From: Owenia fusiformis
Lineage: Eukaryota
Assembly: GCA_903813345.2 (NCBI GenBank)
Contig: CAIIXF020000001.1
Location: forward strand, 10,230,001-10,294,000
Length of the DNA: 64,000 nucleotides
Direction of reading: 5' to 3'
The position numbers were made by a program, and so were the translations under genes. The first letter of the stretch is position 1; the number at the start of each line of letters is the position of its first letter. The notes beneath the pieces were generated by a model. It had not been told where the DNA came from. It searched no databases and saw only the letters and a program-made list of their open reading frames with translations. Shown one piece after another: positions 25,440 to 39,800 of this stretch.

Positions 25440-27170
25440 ATACTTTTTTTTAAAAACCCACCAGCCGTCATCGGCTTAGGAGACACCATTAAATGTATAT
25501 TTTATTGTAATTGAGTATTGACTAGAGTAAGTTGAATTAGAGCACTCTTAAATAGAGTAGTATTCATGTGCTGCCATCTTTAAATGCTTTGACAAATATT
25601 TTCTATAATGGACATTATCACAATAAATGAATATGCATGCAAACATAAATAAACTGTATTGATACAATAAATTTTGCAGTAAAGTGCTGGAAAATGACTA
25701 TAACAGAATGGGGACACACACTTGCTGCCCAGTTATATCATTAATTCTAAAAAGTATCAGTTTTAACCAAGTCTGGACTTCACAAATGTAACTCCTATAA
25801 TCTGCCATAGTCAAATTGCCTTTTTGAATACATATTATGAATAAGAGCTGCTAGAGGTTTTTGAATCTTCTTGGCAAGCATTAGGCTAATAAATATCAAA
25901 AGTGAATTTGCATTATTCAAGTCTATATATGGCAATTGCTCTTGCACAATCTCTCTATAGTTTAAGGTATCCCTTGGGAGCTTATAGTGTGGACATTTTA
26001 TCAGAAAATGAATTTCATTCTCAACTTCATCCAAATCACAGAGTTTGCAAGTTTTCTGGTCCAGAGGAGTAGCATCATATCTACCAGTTTCTATACGGAG
26101 TTGTAGCGTCCCAGTTCTCAGTTTAGCTAATGCACTTCGATGGTGTCTTGGGATGAAACAAGTTACATAACTTTCTGCTACCACCCCATACTTAAATTGC
26201 CTGAAAGTTCTTAATTTATTACCGTTCGCTTCATTGTTTTTGTCATTCCAAATGTTTTTTAGAAAGGGATCTTGAGATTGTTGATAAAGCTTGACCTCTT
26301 CTAAAATAGCTTTAGCATTTAAGTTTTCCATTTGTGTAATATTCCCTTGGCCTGATGCCTCTATGAACTTGTAGGCTCTGTAGTCCCAACAATTTTTACG
26401 TCTTAAAGGGTGACGCATATCGTTTAGCAAATCGAACACTCGTTTCTGGTGTTGCTCACCGTTTAGTATAAAAGGCCCGATCCCGGAATAATACTCAAGG
26501 GTTCACAGGCTCTAGATTGTTGTGTCAACACCTCTAACTGTTATATAGCATAAGTATATTGTAGATCGTCACACATTTATAAAAGGGTGATTTTTATTTT
26601 GACAAATCAATTCCACATTTATGGGTGAAGTTTTAGGATCTTCTATTTGTGTATAATAAGGAAAAATTGGCATCTAAATTTCCCCATAACGTAATAGCAC
26701 ACAGCTTGGCATATGAAATATCCTACAAATGAAACAAAGCAAGACAAACCGGTTTCTAATACAAGGATTTATATTGGCTGTTGTACATGTATTCTTTGAA
26801 CGCAATCACTCTTTGGATAACGTTTTCAAAATCATTATAAACGGATTACTTTATCTCAAAGACAATTTCAATAAACTGGATTTTACTGAACTCCCCTTAT
26901 TTCTTAAAAATGGACTGATCCAGTTAATTCGCCTGGAGCCGCCATATTGTTTTTATACGGGATGCTAATCGGAACCCTTTAAGGACCAGTGGTGTATTTT
27001 TGAGTTTAACCTATCTTTATCCAAATTTTGCAGGCGTATAAAAAGACGTGCACTCTCAATCTATTGTTTGTGAAGTGGTAAGTCCCATCCAAGGTCAGCT
27101 CGAGCTGCTTTGTTGTTTGTTTTGACACCGACACCAAGAAAGAATTTTGATGCCTTATGCCTATGGTAAT
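25440..27170 (-). mobile_element. 5'-truncated non-LTR retrotransposon (LINE; RTE-X/L2-like, clade uncertain): ORF2 C-terminus and 3' UTR, split by an insertion
   Basis: Post-RT motif KFFLGVGVKTNNKAARADLGW...RLQNLDKDRLNSKIHHWS (about 27150-26983, one stop) continues as LRRKNCW...RSALAKLRTGTLQLRIETGRY...CKLCDLDEVENEIHFLIKC (CCHC finger) in ORF 25795-26439. Confidence 0.85.
26407..26978. mobile_element. Kolobok-type non-autonomous element nested in the LINE
   Basis: TTAA|AGGGT ... ACCCT|TTAA; removing it plus one TTAA restores the LINE frame (TGG TCC TTA AGA CGT AAA). Confidence 0.8.
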
Positions 27171-28842
27171 AGGATCAGAGTTATGTGAAGCAATGTCACA
27201 ATTGTGGTTCATAGCTCTTTTTCATACGATCAAATGCCCATCGTCTCTTTTTAATAAAAATTATGTAATAGATGAATGATGTACGATATAATAAAATCTG
27301 CTAACATTTCTAGATATCGAAATCAATCCTTCTGAAATTTCTTGAAAAATCATCACATGCGATCAGGAACTTTAGACCATATTTGAAAAAGGAGGTGCAT
27401 TTTTCCAGAAAATATAGGTGGTGCGGCAACAGATTGCGTGGCCGATGACGTTTGGTGCAATCTGAGCGTTTTATGTCTTTTTTGTAGTTTCACAGGAATC
27501 TCTAACCCACCCTCCTTCTGGTAAGCTGTTTGACTGGTCATCTTGAATCGAAAGTACCTAATCAATATGTCAATTTCATTTAGTCAATATACTGTAAATG
27601 GCTTTAATTTGGCGGATTGGGAAGATTTTGAAATTTTGGCTGCTATTTAATTTGGTAGATTGACCATTATCAATTTTATTATTCACTTCACATCTCGCTA
27701 CCAATAACAAAATTTTATCTCTCCTGGTATCAGTTTGTTTTTATCTAAAATAGCGCGGATTCTGTAGGTTTTCGTATATCACAGGCCTTTTTGCATTTAA
27801 ATGTAAATGTTTTTTTACATGGTTTCAACTAGCAAATATACAGAAGGAAAAGTAGCACAAAAATACTTTGACATGGCTGTCCTTTAAAAATATATTTGGT
27901 TACAAGGGCAAATTCAACAAAACACAATAATTATATTTTATGTTTTATTTTGATTCAGAATTTACATCCTTAAATCAAATTACATGTTTTTCTATTTTAC
28001 AAAATATACAGAAGGATATACAGAATTTATTTTTATTTTTAATTTAAAATTGATTTGTTTTATGAGCAGCAATCCTTTTGAAATATATCAGCAATCAGCA
28101 TACCACAAAACACACCAAATATTGAATATAAATGTTTAGCAAAATATGAGGATGGATTTTTCTTTTGATTAAACAAAGAGGAGTTGACTACTTTTATAAA
28201 AATAAAAATGAATACATCTATGTAATGTCACCTACTGCAAAAATGACATACGACTGATGTGAATATAGTTACTATGTCAAATGTTACATTTTGGTTATTA
28301 TTCACTATTCACATCTTAGTCAGTATTCACCTCTCAAGTTTTATTAACTGAACTTAATTTTGGCCAAACACTAACTTTTGAAATGCCTGTAACCTTTTTT
28401 TTATTTGAGAGTTGAACCATGATACTTGGCAAATCAATCTAACTTTGGATAAGCTTTAAAATGATATATGACACAAACTACGGAGACATTGGTATATGTC
28501 AGCCTAGGGAGGGGGGGGGGGGTCCCATACTTTCGGGACACCCTGTACATATTCATAGTTTTGAATCATTTTCTATCAAGAAATATATATGAATATACTC
28601 AAGAACACACAAAATATACTATAATTTAAAATACTACATTCAACTAAATATTTACAAATTATCAATATGCTATATATGTTCATGAATTACATTTACAAAT
28701 TATTTTATCACAAAACTTATTTTTTGGTACATAAATTGTTTAAATCTAAACTAGAGTAAAACATTCTAACAAATAATGCCTGTTCTGAATGAGTAGATTA
28801 CGCATCATTACGCATAAATAAATTAACCTATTAAACAGTTAA

Positions 28843-29443
28843 AGGAACATTCCTTGTCAGACTATTTCTCTCCTGATATGGTAGCTACAATCATATATAT
28901 ACTTTACATATTTAGCAAAACACGATAAAATGTTTTCATATGGTCAATATTGATCATTTAAAAATGTAGTACTCATTCCCAGTAAGCTGCCATCTTTTCA
29001 GATTTCTTTCAGGAAGTGATGTCATCGACTCTCACCTGTTATAACCTTGTATATTACAGTATAGGAAAGAAGTACAAAATCACTTCTAAACAAGAAGCCC
29101 TTATCTTCTGTGTAAAAATATTTTCAGGAGTTGTCAACTTAGAACTAAAGAAGAGATCATCAAAAGGATTTTAATCATAGACCAAATTGAAAAAAATATT
29201 CAGCTGGTTTAGTAATTCTAATAGCTCCTTACCTAATGTTATATGCAAAGTTGAGAGTCGATGACATCACTTCCTGAGTGAAATTTTAAAAGATGGCAGC
29301 CTATTGGAATTGAGTACTACATTTTTAAGTGATCAATATTGACCATTTCAAAACATTTTTCTGTTTTTTGATAAACTTGCAAAGTATGTATATGGTTATA
29401 GCTACCATATTAGGAGAGAGATGATCTGGCAAGGAATACCCCT
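28843..29443. mobile_element. Kolobok-type foldback element with inverted arms of about 190 bp
   Basis: TTAA|aggaacattccttgtcag ... ctggcaaggaatacccct|TTAA; arms share aggaagtgatgtcatcgactctca / tgagagtcgatgacatcacttcct. Confidence 0.8.
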
Positions 29444-29708
29444 TTAAACCTTCACTTCAAATAATATTTATGGGATCCAAATGAATGTGATCTACTTGTA
29501 TTTAACAGGTTTATTCGTATATCTCTTGTATTGAACAAAAGTCAACATTTCTGTGTTTTCTCCCAAAAATTAGTTACATTTAAGATTGACCCTTCTTGCC
29601 CACATCCATACCATTGAACCTTTTTCAAATTTAAAGCCACTTCTATTCAAAAGGTGTTGTTTGCTTACAAAACGTTAAAGACTTTTAGCCCTCTCCCCAA
29701 TAATAGTT

Positions 29709-29972
29709 TTTATAACATACCTATGATGATGTATAGTGTAACCTGTTCACAAGACAGCGGGCCAATATAACTTTTGAAAAGCCCGCACCCGCTAACTTTC
29801 TGATTGGTCAAGTGCTGGGACTACGTCATACATTAGGCCTAGGTCAAATTGACTCGTACATTCGTAAGATACAAACATGGGAATAAATCATCATTTCCGA
29901 ACCATTGCTAGTCAATTAGATGAGAAAACGGTACTCTCTGACCAGACTAGATCATCATAGGTATGTTATAAA
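29709..29972. repeat. 22-bp perfect inverted repeat bounding a segment of about 260 bp (MITE-like)
   Basis: tttataacatacctatgatgat ... atcatcataggtatgttataaa. Confidence 0.6.
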
Positions 29973-30559
29973 TCGTTTATGGCACTATAGTTGCACACAT
30001 GCCCTCGGTTCTCAGTGATATATGGCTCGACCTTGGGAGGGACATTGAAACCCTCGAGCAGATGGACATTGAAACCCTCGGGCTTATATGCAACGATAGT
30101 GACATAACCTCTAAATAATGATTATATTATGGGTGTATTTTTATATGACCTTGACCTTGTCTATATCATCAAGTCAAGTACACTCTCATAGTTGACAAGT
30201 GTTTCCAAAATATGACGAACAAAAAGGCATGAAATGCTACAAAGACCCCAAGTTAAGTGTCTGTTTAAAAAAATACAGTGTATTTAAAAAAAACATGTGA
30301 GCAGGTATTTTATAATAAACAAACATGGCAAATTGGGAACAATTTTTTTTCATGATGAATAATAAGAAGGCGTGGCAACCAGGGGAAGCTGGCACCCACT
30401 GCCAGATGGACATTCACTTTGTTTTGACCAGAACAACCTTTTTTGCTCCATTGATCTTGTAGAACTCAAGATGTATGGTATAATACAATGTCTGAAAACA
30501 TTACTAAAACTACTGTCAGATGGGCTACATAAGCTTATATAAGCTTATCTTTGGTTTAT

Positions 30560-31035
30560 AAAATAGTATACAAAATACTACAGCAAATGGAACTTAGTAC
30601 AGCACATGTATAAATACAATTGAATGATGCACAAAATACCATAGCGAATGGATTATAGCACATGAATAAATACAACTGCATGCTACACAAAATACTACAG
30701 CAAGTGGAACATAGTACAGCACATATATAAATACAACTGCATGCTACACAAAATACTACAGCAAGTGGAACATAGTACAGCACATGTATAAATACAATTG
30801 AATGATCCACAAAATACTACAGCAAATGGTACCTAGTATGCACATATGTATACAATTATGATAATTACGAGGTAGAAAAAATGCTACAGCAAATGGAAAA
30901 TAGTACAGCACATGTATAAATACAACTGGCTGCTATACAAAATACTACAGGAAATAGATCATAGTACAGCACATGCATAAATGCAATTGAATGATATACA
31001 AAATACTACAGCAAATGGAGCCTAGTTCAGCACAT
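30560..31035. repeat. Minisatellite, 61-bp unit, about 7-8 copies
   Basis: caaaatactacagcaa(a/g)tggaacatagtacagcacatgtataaatacaa... starting at about 30571, 30632, 30688, 30749, 30810. Confidence 0.95.
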
Positions 31036-33735
31036 TAGAAATGCTGACCAATGCAAATCTAGTCGAGTTCTTATCCATTGACCAAAATAGTTTTACAGTT
31101 TTGATGCTGGTAAGATCTCAATGATGTAATAATCATGGCAAAGCAATTAATAAACTCCTTATGTATTGTAGGACTATGCTATACAGCAGCAAACATCTAA
31201 TTCGTACAAATCCTAATAACTTCCAAAATAAAAAAAAATATCAAAGAATATTGAATATTAAACACAACCTATTGTAAAACCTCAATGTAGGTCCTAGGGC
31301 TACTGGCCTTAAATAATATCTACACATATACAAAATCTACAGTATTTTAAACCCACATCTATTATTTCAATGAGAAAATTCGTCATTAAAAACTGTAAAA
31401 GTTCCTAAAATATCAAAAGGCCAAGCTATAACTGTTATAAATATACTGCAGCCTATATCATTATCAATACACAGGTGCAATTTCATGTTAGGCCCGATCT
31501 CATACGTTTCAGACTGAATTCTACACATAATCACTTTTGCTTACTCAATAAGTGGTAAAAGGCTGTTTTGTTCACCAACGTATCAACGTCCTTTTTTATG
31601 AATCACTTTTTGAGATTTTTTTGGTTAAAAGAGGTGGCTATCGTATTCTCTCTTATATGCTTAAACATGTATGTTTTACTTGCAATGTATCATTGGAATT
31701 TTCTTATTCTGAAATAATTTCCCACATTCATCATTCAAGTCTATTGTATTTAGGTTAAGCAGTGATACATTAAAGAATTTTGACAACTTATGATACCAGT
31801 ATTATTGAACAATGAATGACAATGTGAATGTTTTCATTGATAATGATGCATCTATCCCAATGAAATAATCTAAAATCTGTGTTACAAAGAGGTATCTAAT
31901 TTTGTTTTTAAGCATTTTGTTCATACATTAAGTCCAGAAAGATGGAATTTATTTTCACCAGTTTATCATCCACTTGTATACCATTGAAAGATCTACTGGG
32001 ATTTTGTTATATTGACACATCTCGTACAGTAGAAATTGGGAGGCATATTGCATCCATTTGAGAGAATATGGTAGGTGGGTGCTTCAGCAAAAGGATTACA
32101 TGTAGAATTTAGTGAGTAATTTTGAGACAACCCTAAAGTGTTTTCACAATTAATCAAAACATCATCTCCTTGATCATAACATTACATCAACAGGTTTTAG
32201 TGATACAATAATTGGGTGCCATTTTTTATATGTACATATATTAAACATGGCAATGATCTATTCTATACAAGGACTAAAATCAGCTTATACATCAATCCTC
32301 TGTCTACATGATACATTGTTTCTGTAACCAAAATGCAATTCTCTAAATTTGGAATAATTTTCTCAATTATGGTGGAAACTCGAATTTGTTTTGTGCATAT
32401 GAGAGCTCAACACATCAGATTTAGAGAAATCAGGATTACCATTGAGATGCTTTTGCATCAAATTGTTCAAAAATGCAAGTTCATATTTGTTTTATCTGTC
32501 TTTACCATTATCTGAGTTATACCTGGAGATATCTTATTTACACCCTTTTTAAAATACTATTGTCAATAATGATGAACTGATTCAAAATTATTGACAAATA
32601 CTTTCTGCAGTCTGCACTTATACTTGTGAATATCAATGAGCTTCAAAACATGCCCAGATTGATAACTACAACATTCTTTCATGTATTGACGATTTCTTAT
32701 TTTTATTTTTTTCATTTATTTATTGTTTATTGTTCCATTCAAATTATTTACAAAACATATCATTACAATTTGACGCAGAGCGTATATTGTGTGTTAAAAG
32801 GAAAATTCGAGAATGACCACCATAGCAGAGTTATTCAGAAATTAGATGGCTGCATTTTTGCAATTTTTGGTCACCATGCAGGGTGCATTATAAGAATTTT
32901 AGACATGCTGATGAAAAATGAATCAATTGGACCAGTTGCAACATTATTTTCCTATACATGCTGACAAAGTAAAAAACTAGACCAGACGAAAAGAAACTGG
33001 CACAAAACCACTGTACCAAATTATTTCGCACCCTGTCACAATGTGCATGAAACCACTCTTAGACTAGTAGTCACTACTGTACAAAATACCTTGTAATTCT
33101 ATTGCTTCAAAATATGAAAAACTCCTAATCTGATTTTGATCTTATCAAAAAAAGGTTTCCTAGTACTTTATCAAACATTTGGATTTCTATGTAATATAAA
33201 ATATCTATCACAGTAATTTTGCCAAATTGGCGTATGAAGGCATGAAGGTGAATTTTTATAGTAATACAAAAGGCATTAATTTCATCAAAATTGCATGACC
33301 TCGCAAACTTGAATGCAAATATGACAGTCCCGATTTTATCAAGAAATCAAATTTCGCCAGAGTTCATTATTTTGAAATTGAATATATGTGTTACGAAAGA
33401 CTGGATTTCATGTGGCAATTAGTTGCTATATTAAAATGTATGTTATTTTTCAGCTCCTAATGGGTATGATGATATATGTTGCAATGTTATTAGTAGTCTA
33501 ATTCACCATGGTCGAGTTTCTTTAGACCACATTCAATATCAGTATGACCGGTAATAAGAACACATGACAAAATATAAGATTTGAAGGTGTCAATTCATCC
33601 AAGGATCGGACATTGGCTATATCGGTTTTCATGGCTGTCATGGGAGCTAGTATACACAAGGACATGCGCAAAAGACAGATACACAAGAAAATTTTGCACC
33701 ACCATAAATCTGTGTTTTGATGGTTTCCATGGCAG

Positions 33736-33892
33736 CTAGGATGCATGATAATGTGCTTTGTGGTTTCCTTGATTGAGATTGATGTCCACTTTACTGACAC
33801 CGTTGTCTTTGCTTTTGGGAGACTCACGCCTTCTATTTGGTAGCAGTAGTAGAATAACAAGTAAGGTTATGTGCATGAACCAATAGGTGTCA
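33736..33892 (-). CDS. MBOAT1/2: MBOAT paralog A terminal exon 12
   Basis: tgtttcag|DTYWFMHITLLVILLLLPNRRRESPK...HYHAS*. Confidence 0.88.
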
Positions 33893-36800
33893 CTGAAACA
33901 GAAATGAAATATGAACTGTGAATTAAAACTATTTTTTATCAAGGTGTTTAATTTTTTATTAGTATCTAAGAGAAGGTACTAGTATCCAAATATATACAAA
34001 TGTTTTCTTAAAAGATGCAAGATATTTATTATGGTATCCATAGAAATATATTCTTCCAACCAGATCAAGTAAACAAAGACTGATCATTTAACTAAGACAC
34101 TCTATACTAAATTTCACTCACTTGAAAAAGTGGATACTGGGCCAGAATTTCTGCACTGGGAAAGGCAGAATCCAGTATGAGATTCCAAACTGTGTGAGAC
34201 ACCAAGTGAATATGTCATAGCCCAACTTTGTGTGTTTGTTGTCAGTAAAATGATGACGAACTAATCTCCGTAGCTTAATAAGAAATAAAATCAAAATATG
34301 TACAGTAATAAAATTTGTGGGTGTGAAGATTATATGCTCCATGCCTTGGTGGCATACATCTCAAGAATTATGCAAATGTATAACTGACGCAAATATAGCG
34401 TAATTAAGTCAAAATCAAAACTACTGTAATCGAGCAAAAAAGAAGTAGCACAAATTATTTGTATAATAAAGCACTCAAATTATTAGTATAGAAAGTTCTA
34501 CCAAAAAGACATTTTAAAAGCATTAAATTTGCATATTGTTGAATTTACACCTTCTTATGAGACACAACCCTTTGAATCATAAATCAACCATTACAATAGT
34601 TTCCCTTACCTTTCTTGAAGCCTCTATTGTCAGTGCTGCTAATGTAAAGCTCAAGTAATACCCAGGATAAAACCCATGCCACACTGCACTTAACATTAAA
34701 GTACAGAATGTTTTCTTCCAGGTTTCTTTATATGGTACCCTGTCGTAGCTTATTCGTCTGAACCACAAGGCACATTGGATATTCCAACTGTCTACGATCT
34801 CCTTTGTGCTTGTAGCCAGCTGAAAATGCAATTCCAATCTATTCAATGCCCACCTATGAAATTAGTTTATTCCCAAATGGTGATCGATATTGTACAAAAG
34901 AATCAAACATGACTCCTCATTTATCCAGCATGCTCATGCTAATCAGTTCTAGATATGTGTACCAAGAAACATCGCTGACAATTATTAGAGGTCCGGAACT
35001 ACACAAACAAAAATTGAAACCCCACCTTGCCTTCCAAGCTGACACAATCAAACATTTTTTTTTTAAATATTAATGATGGGAACATCAACATAGTTCTGTA
35101 GGTGTTTTCACATGAATTCAAACCCCATGTTTTATTGTACTATAATACACCATGTTATTTTCATATGTAATTGTGCTGTTGTATATATGTTATTTTCATA
35201 TATAATTGTGCTATTGTACCTCCATTTTCATTAATCTGAAGGGGGAAACAAGATCCCAGTGAGCCTTTCCTGTCTCATCGTAACCATTGAACCCCAGTCC
35301 GGAAGCATTGCTTATGGCTTCACCTAAAAAAGTAATAAATAGGACATTTACAGGTAGATAACACTGAGACACAGTCAGGAAGTCAGAATTGGTTGAAATG
35401 TTAAAAGATGTTTAAAATTATCAGAAGCACCACTGATGGCATTATGTCATCTTGTGATTTATGTTTATGTAATGTGCATCTTTTATCTTTCATCTATTTA
35501 GTGAACCTTATCATATAATGATTATTAAGTAAATATTTGTAATGGGGTTCCCAGCAGAGTGGGAGGGTCAGCAAATAAATTAAGGTTACTGTATTGTATT
35601 GTTGTTTTTTTGTTTACCACCAATGAAGGTGAGCGATACCTCTAGGGTATATCCTGTATATCTATACAGTCATGTAATGCTGGAAGATGCTGAAACCGCT
35701 CCTTTAAAAGCCCTGTGTTCTCTTATGTGCAGTGATACATAAACACACAAATACACACCACAGCCTTTTGTATGAATCGTGGACCATTCAGTCAAACATC
35801 CAACAATCTAAACTCAAATTGTACTTTCCTGAAGGATTCTTGTGTCCATACAAACCCAAAGGTTAACATTTATGAATGACCAATGGTCCCTGTGCTCACA
35901 CAGTGAACTGTTACCAAAACTTTTGTTGTCAAAATTGCAAATTTTTGAAAACCAAGAACAAACAAGACATTAACATGCAAAATGTCACCACCTGCCATTT
36001 GTTATATTTGCTACAGGCAACAAACACCAACCACCACCCACTGAAACCAACCACTGAATGCAGAACACTGTCCATAAAAAAAGTTGGAAAGTACACAAGT
36101 ATTCTACCTGAAATGAACAAGTCCTACTTTTTATCAAGATTTAAACAGTAATAACTAATTTGTTCCACAAATGTTTGGAGTAACTGATGGCCCAGTCCAT
36201 CCAATAGGCTCAGGGTGTGATTATTTTCATATAGACTGCAATTGTTTTGATATAAATGTACATACAAAAAAGCAAACAGTAAACAAATGTTTTGCTTAAA
36301 AAATAAAAATTTAATGTTTTGCCTTCCTTGTGCTGTTACCCGATTATGCCCATATTAGGTATATCTTGTACTTTAAGAGTGCAAAATTGCTAATTTTTAC
36401 TGTTTAGTGTACCAATATAATTCTAGTTCATGTATGTTATCAGTTTCTTCATCTAATATGTATATTTATCAATTTAAGGCCATTATTAATGACATCTGGA
36501 GATGATATACATTTTGGAAATTGGAGATGATATACATTTTGGAAATTGGAATTCTGCCATAACTCCATCACATAATATCCATCTTCACTAGCCACAGATA
36601 AAAGCTCTACAACTACCAACCAACATGTTGGTAGTTTCACCACCAGGCAACTTACCACAAGTGTGCTAACAGAGATTTCCTCTTCTCAAATATGTAAGAA
36701 GACTTAGAAGATCTTTTCGTGTTAGTAAAAGTAACACACTGCTTTTAAAGCTGAATCTCAAGGCTTGATATATTTTGACAATTTATGACATTTCAGCTCA

Positions 36801-39800
36801 ATCCATGCTACATGCACAATATGGATCACTTGTAGACAATTGGAACTGAATTTTTGCTTAGTTGTATGTGAGTGAGGTTTCACATAACACCCAATGATAC
36901 ACAATTTCTAAACACAAGTTCTAAGGCAGACCCTTGTTGAAGGATGCAGATTTGCCTGTATAAAATCATCAAAATCATTAGCTACTATACTCTACAAACA
37001 AGCTGGGCAAGTTAATATTACATACCAGATAACATGGCGAAGTAGTATTTGTGTTTTGCTATCGTATACGACACAAATAGATATATGGTTCTAAATGGCC
37101 TGGAGTGAGATCTCATAAATTCTGGATCTAAAATAATGTTAAAATAAGTACATTAGTGTTAGTAAACAAATGCATATACATGTACATACATACAGCCACT
37201 GCCACATACAAACCACCACTCGTACATTTACTACATACCCAACAACATGGCGAAGTAGTACTTGTGTTTTGCAACATTGTACGACAAAAATAGGAAAACG
37301 CATCTAAATGGCAGAGAGTGAGATCTCTTGAATTCAGGATCTAAAATATATATATGTATTTTACTTTATTTATCAAGTTTATTTCTACACAAAATATATA
37401 ATCAATAAGTACTGTATCTGTTATTTCCATTGAATAGTATGTAAAAATGTATTTTTTTTTTCAAAATCAGTTTAGTCAATAAAGTTTATTTACAAAAAAA
37501 TCTAATATTTGATGCAATTCAACAACATTCTATTTGTCACAATTTGTTTTCAATAATTGAAAATCAAGAAAACCCAGAGTATATATTGAATGCTTTCTTT
37601 TTTCATCATTAAGAATCATACTACAAGGTTGTTCTTTGATGTCTCATTTCAGTTGACCATAATACGGCTTTATTGTTTCACATATGCAATACATCCCTGT
37701 GGATTTTCTCTCAATAATCAACAATAATGATTTCCATAGATCAACAACTTTTTAAAATTGAAATAGTTATTTTAAGTGCCAAAAGAAAACCCATACCCAT
37801 GAAACTATTTAATGACAAGAGCTAAAATCTAAATTGAACATTATGAAGCAAGTCCAATGAAAAACATAGTCATTGTACATTAAACCCATCAAATCTTGAA
37901 TACTTACATTAGACAATTTCTAGTCTTTTCTACTTACCTACATTCCTTACTATAGGTACAATTGGTACGATAAGATGAAACGATCCAGCAAATATGCATA
38001 TTAAAGCTACCTTTCTCATCACTTCAAACTACAAGTATAAAACAAAACAGAAAATGTATCAGGCCTTATAGCTGGAATTTTTATCTTGATAATCCTAAAT
38101 TATTTTTGATCAATTGTTATGTAACTCAAACAATCAGTAGACTTGGAGATAAACACCTTCTTTATTGAAGCTGATAAGATGTTTGTGTAGAAAATGAATC
38201 AACTGCCTTTTAATATTGAAAATGTTGTGACGTGAGTAGATATTGTAGCTATATCAATTTTGGAACATATTTTCCAGCTTACTCGTTTTGTGTATGGAGA
38301 ATACGGGTTTTTGTACAGTATGTACTTTGTAAGAAGAGGAAATGGGTCAGTCTGTTTCATATCTGAAACTTGGACAACTAAAACTGAAAAATCTGTCACA
38401 TTGTCTAGTACTCTCGAGTCATAATCAGCGAGATTGAGCAAGGGGTTGGGCTAATCTATTGTACCCCAAAATACCCAAAAAGACCAACGAACCAAATTGT
38501 GAAAAAACACATTCATGAAATCGCTTCAAGTGAAACTAGATGAAAATAACAATATAATTTTGTTTATATTTCATAATTACATGATATGGGCCTTGCCCTA
38601 GAATGCAGAATTAAATTGTCTTTATCAAAATACAAACTAAACTAATACCTTCTATAAAATATTGGAATAATCTAAACTAAAATTGATGTACAATGTACAT
38701 CAAAAAAGAATAAAAGTGCATGTGTTTTATGAACTTATAAAGATGATTAAAAAGTAGTTATTACTTGAACAAATGCAAATATTGTATATAATTCACTGAC
38801 TGATCAAATATTCACTGACTGATCAAATGGTGGGTTCAAACATGAGAGACCAGGTGGATATGATATACAGTACATTTTACATATGTTAAGGGATTGGGTT
38901 GCCTACCATGTGGTATGTAATGACAAATAACTGATGTACAAAGAATATCTAAATACTGTACATGTAACTGCAAGTACGATTGTTTATTTGAATGTAATAT
39001 TCAGACATTTCCAAATCTAAGAAAACTCAACGAGTGAGTAAGAATATGGGATGATAAAAAATTATACATTCTTAATAATAAAGGTTTTGCCTTAGATGAG
39101 TGCAGTTCAACCTTATGAAATAAACTAAAGTTGTGTATTTGAGCTGTGCATTCATATCATGCGTCGTTAATAAAATACTTCCCTCACCATAAAATATTCC
39201 TTTGGTTTTGTGTCTAATAAGATGCAAATTGCAAAATCATGAAAAATGTAAAAGACAATAAATTCCTTTCTGATCAAAATTAGTACCTATAATTTAATTT
39301 ATGAACAGGTTGTCAAAAACAACGGCCCTTCCTTCTGCAGTAAATCTACTTATAAATATATTGTGTGTCATGTTATTTTCAAAGATATTTAAATCTTGAG
39401 TTTTAGCCATGTATGTATGGCATAATATGACAGAATTACAGCCTAATTGTTGTTGTTAATGTGATACATTTGGTCAAAATGTGTATTATAAAATGGATGC
39501 ATGTGCTTCCTCTCAGATACAAGTATTTGGTAATTGCATCTTCAATATTGGAAAAAGATTGACTAGAATAAAAGATTATGTATGTTACTTACTAATGGGG
39601 ATGGCTCTGAAGTTCTTGTCTGAAACAAAAATAGTCATGTTCATTATAACACATAAAATTGATTAACATGTTATTTACTATATATACCCAATGTGTGAAA
39701 TTTTTTTCTAAAACAATATTATGTTATATAGTTCATAAGAACAGCAAAACTTGTAAAGTGGAATTCCAAAGTAAGTAGTACACTTTTCAAAGTCCTACTA

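Noticed and set aside
26407-26978. piggyBac assignment for the TTAA-flanked elements
   Set aside because: The termini are AGG...CCT rather than the CCY...RGG of piggyBac.
30556-30810. Cys-rich 84-aa ORF
   Set aside because: It is a by-product of the 61-bp tandem repeat.
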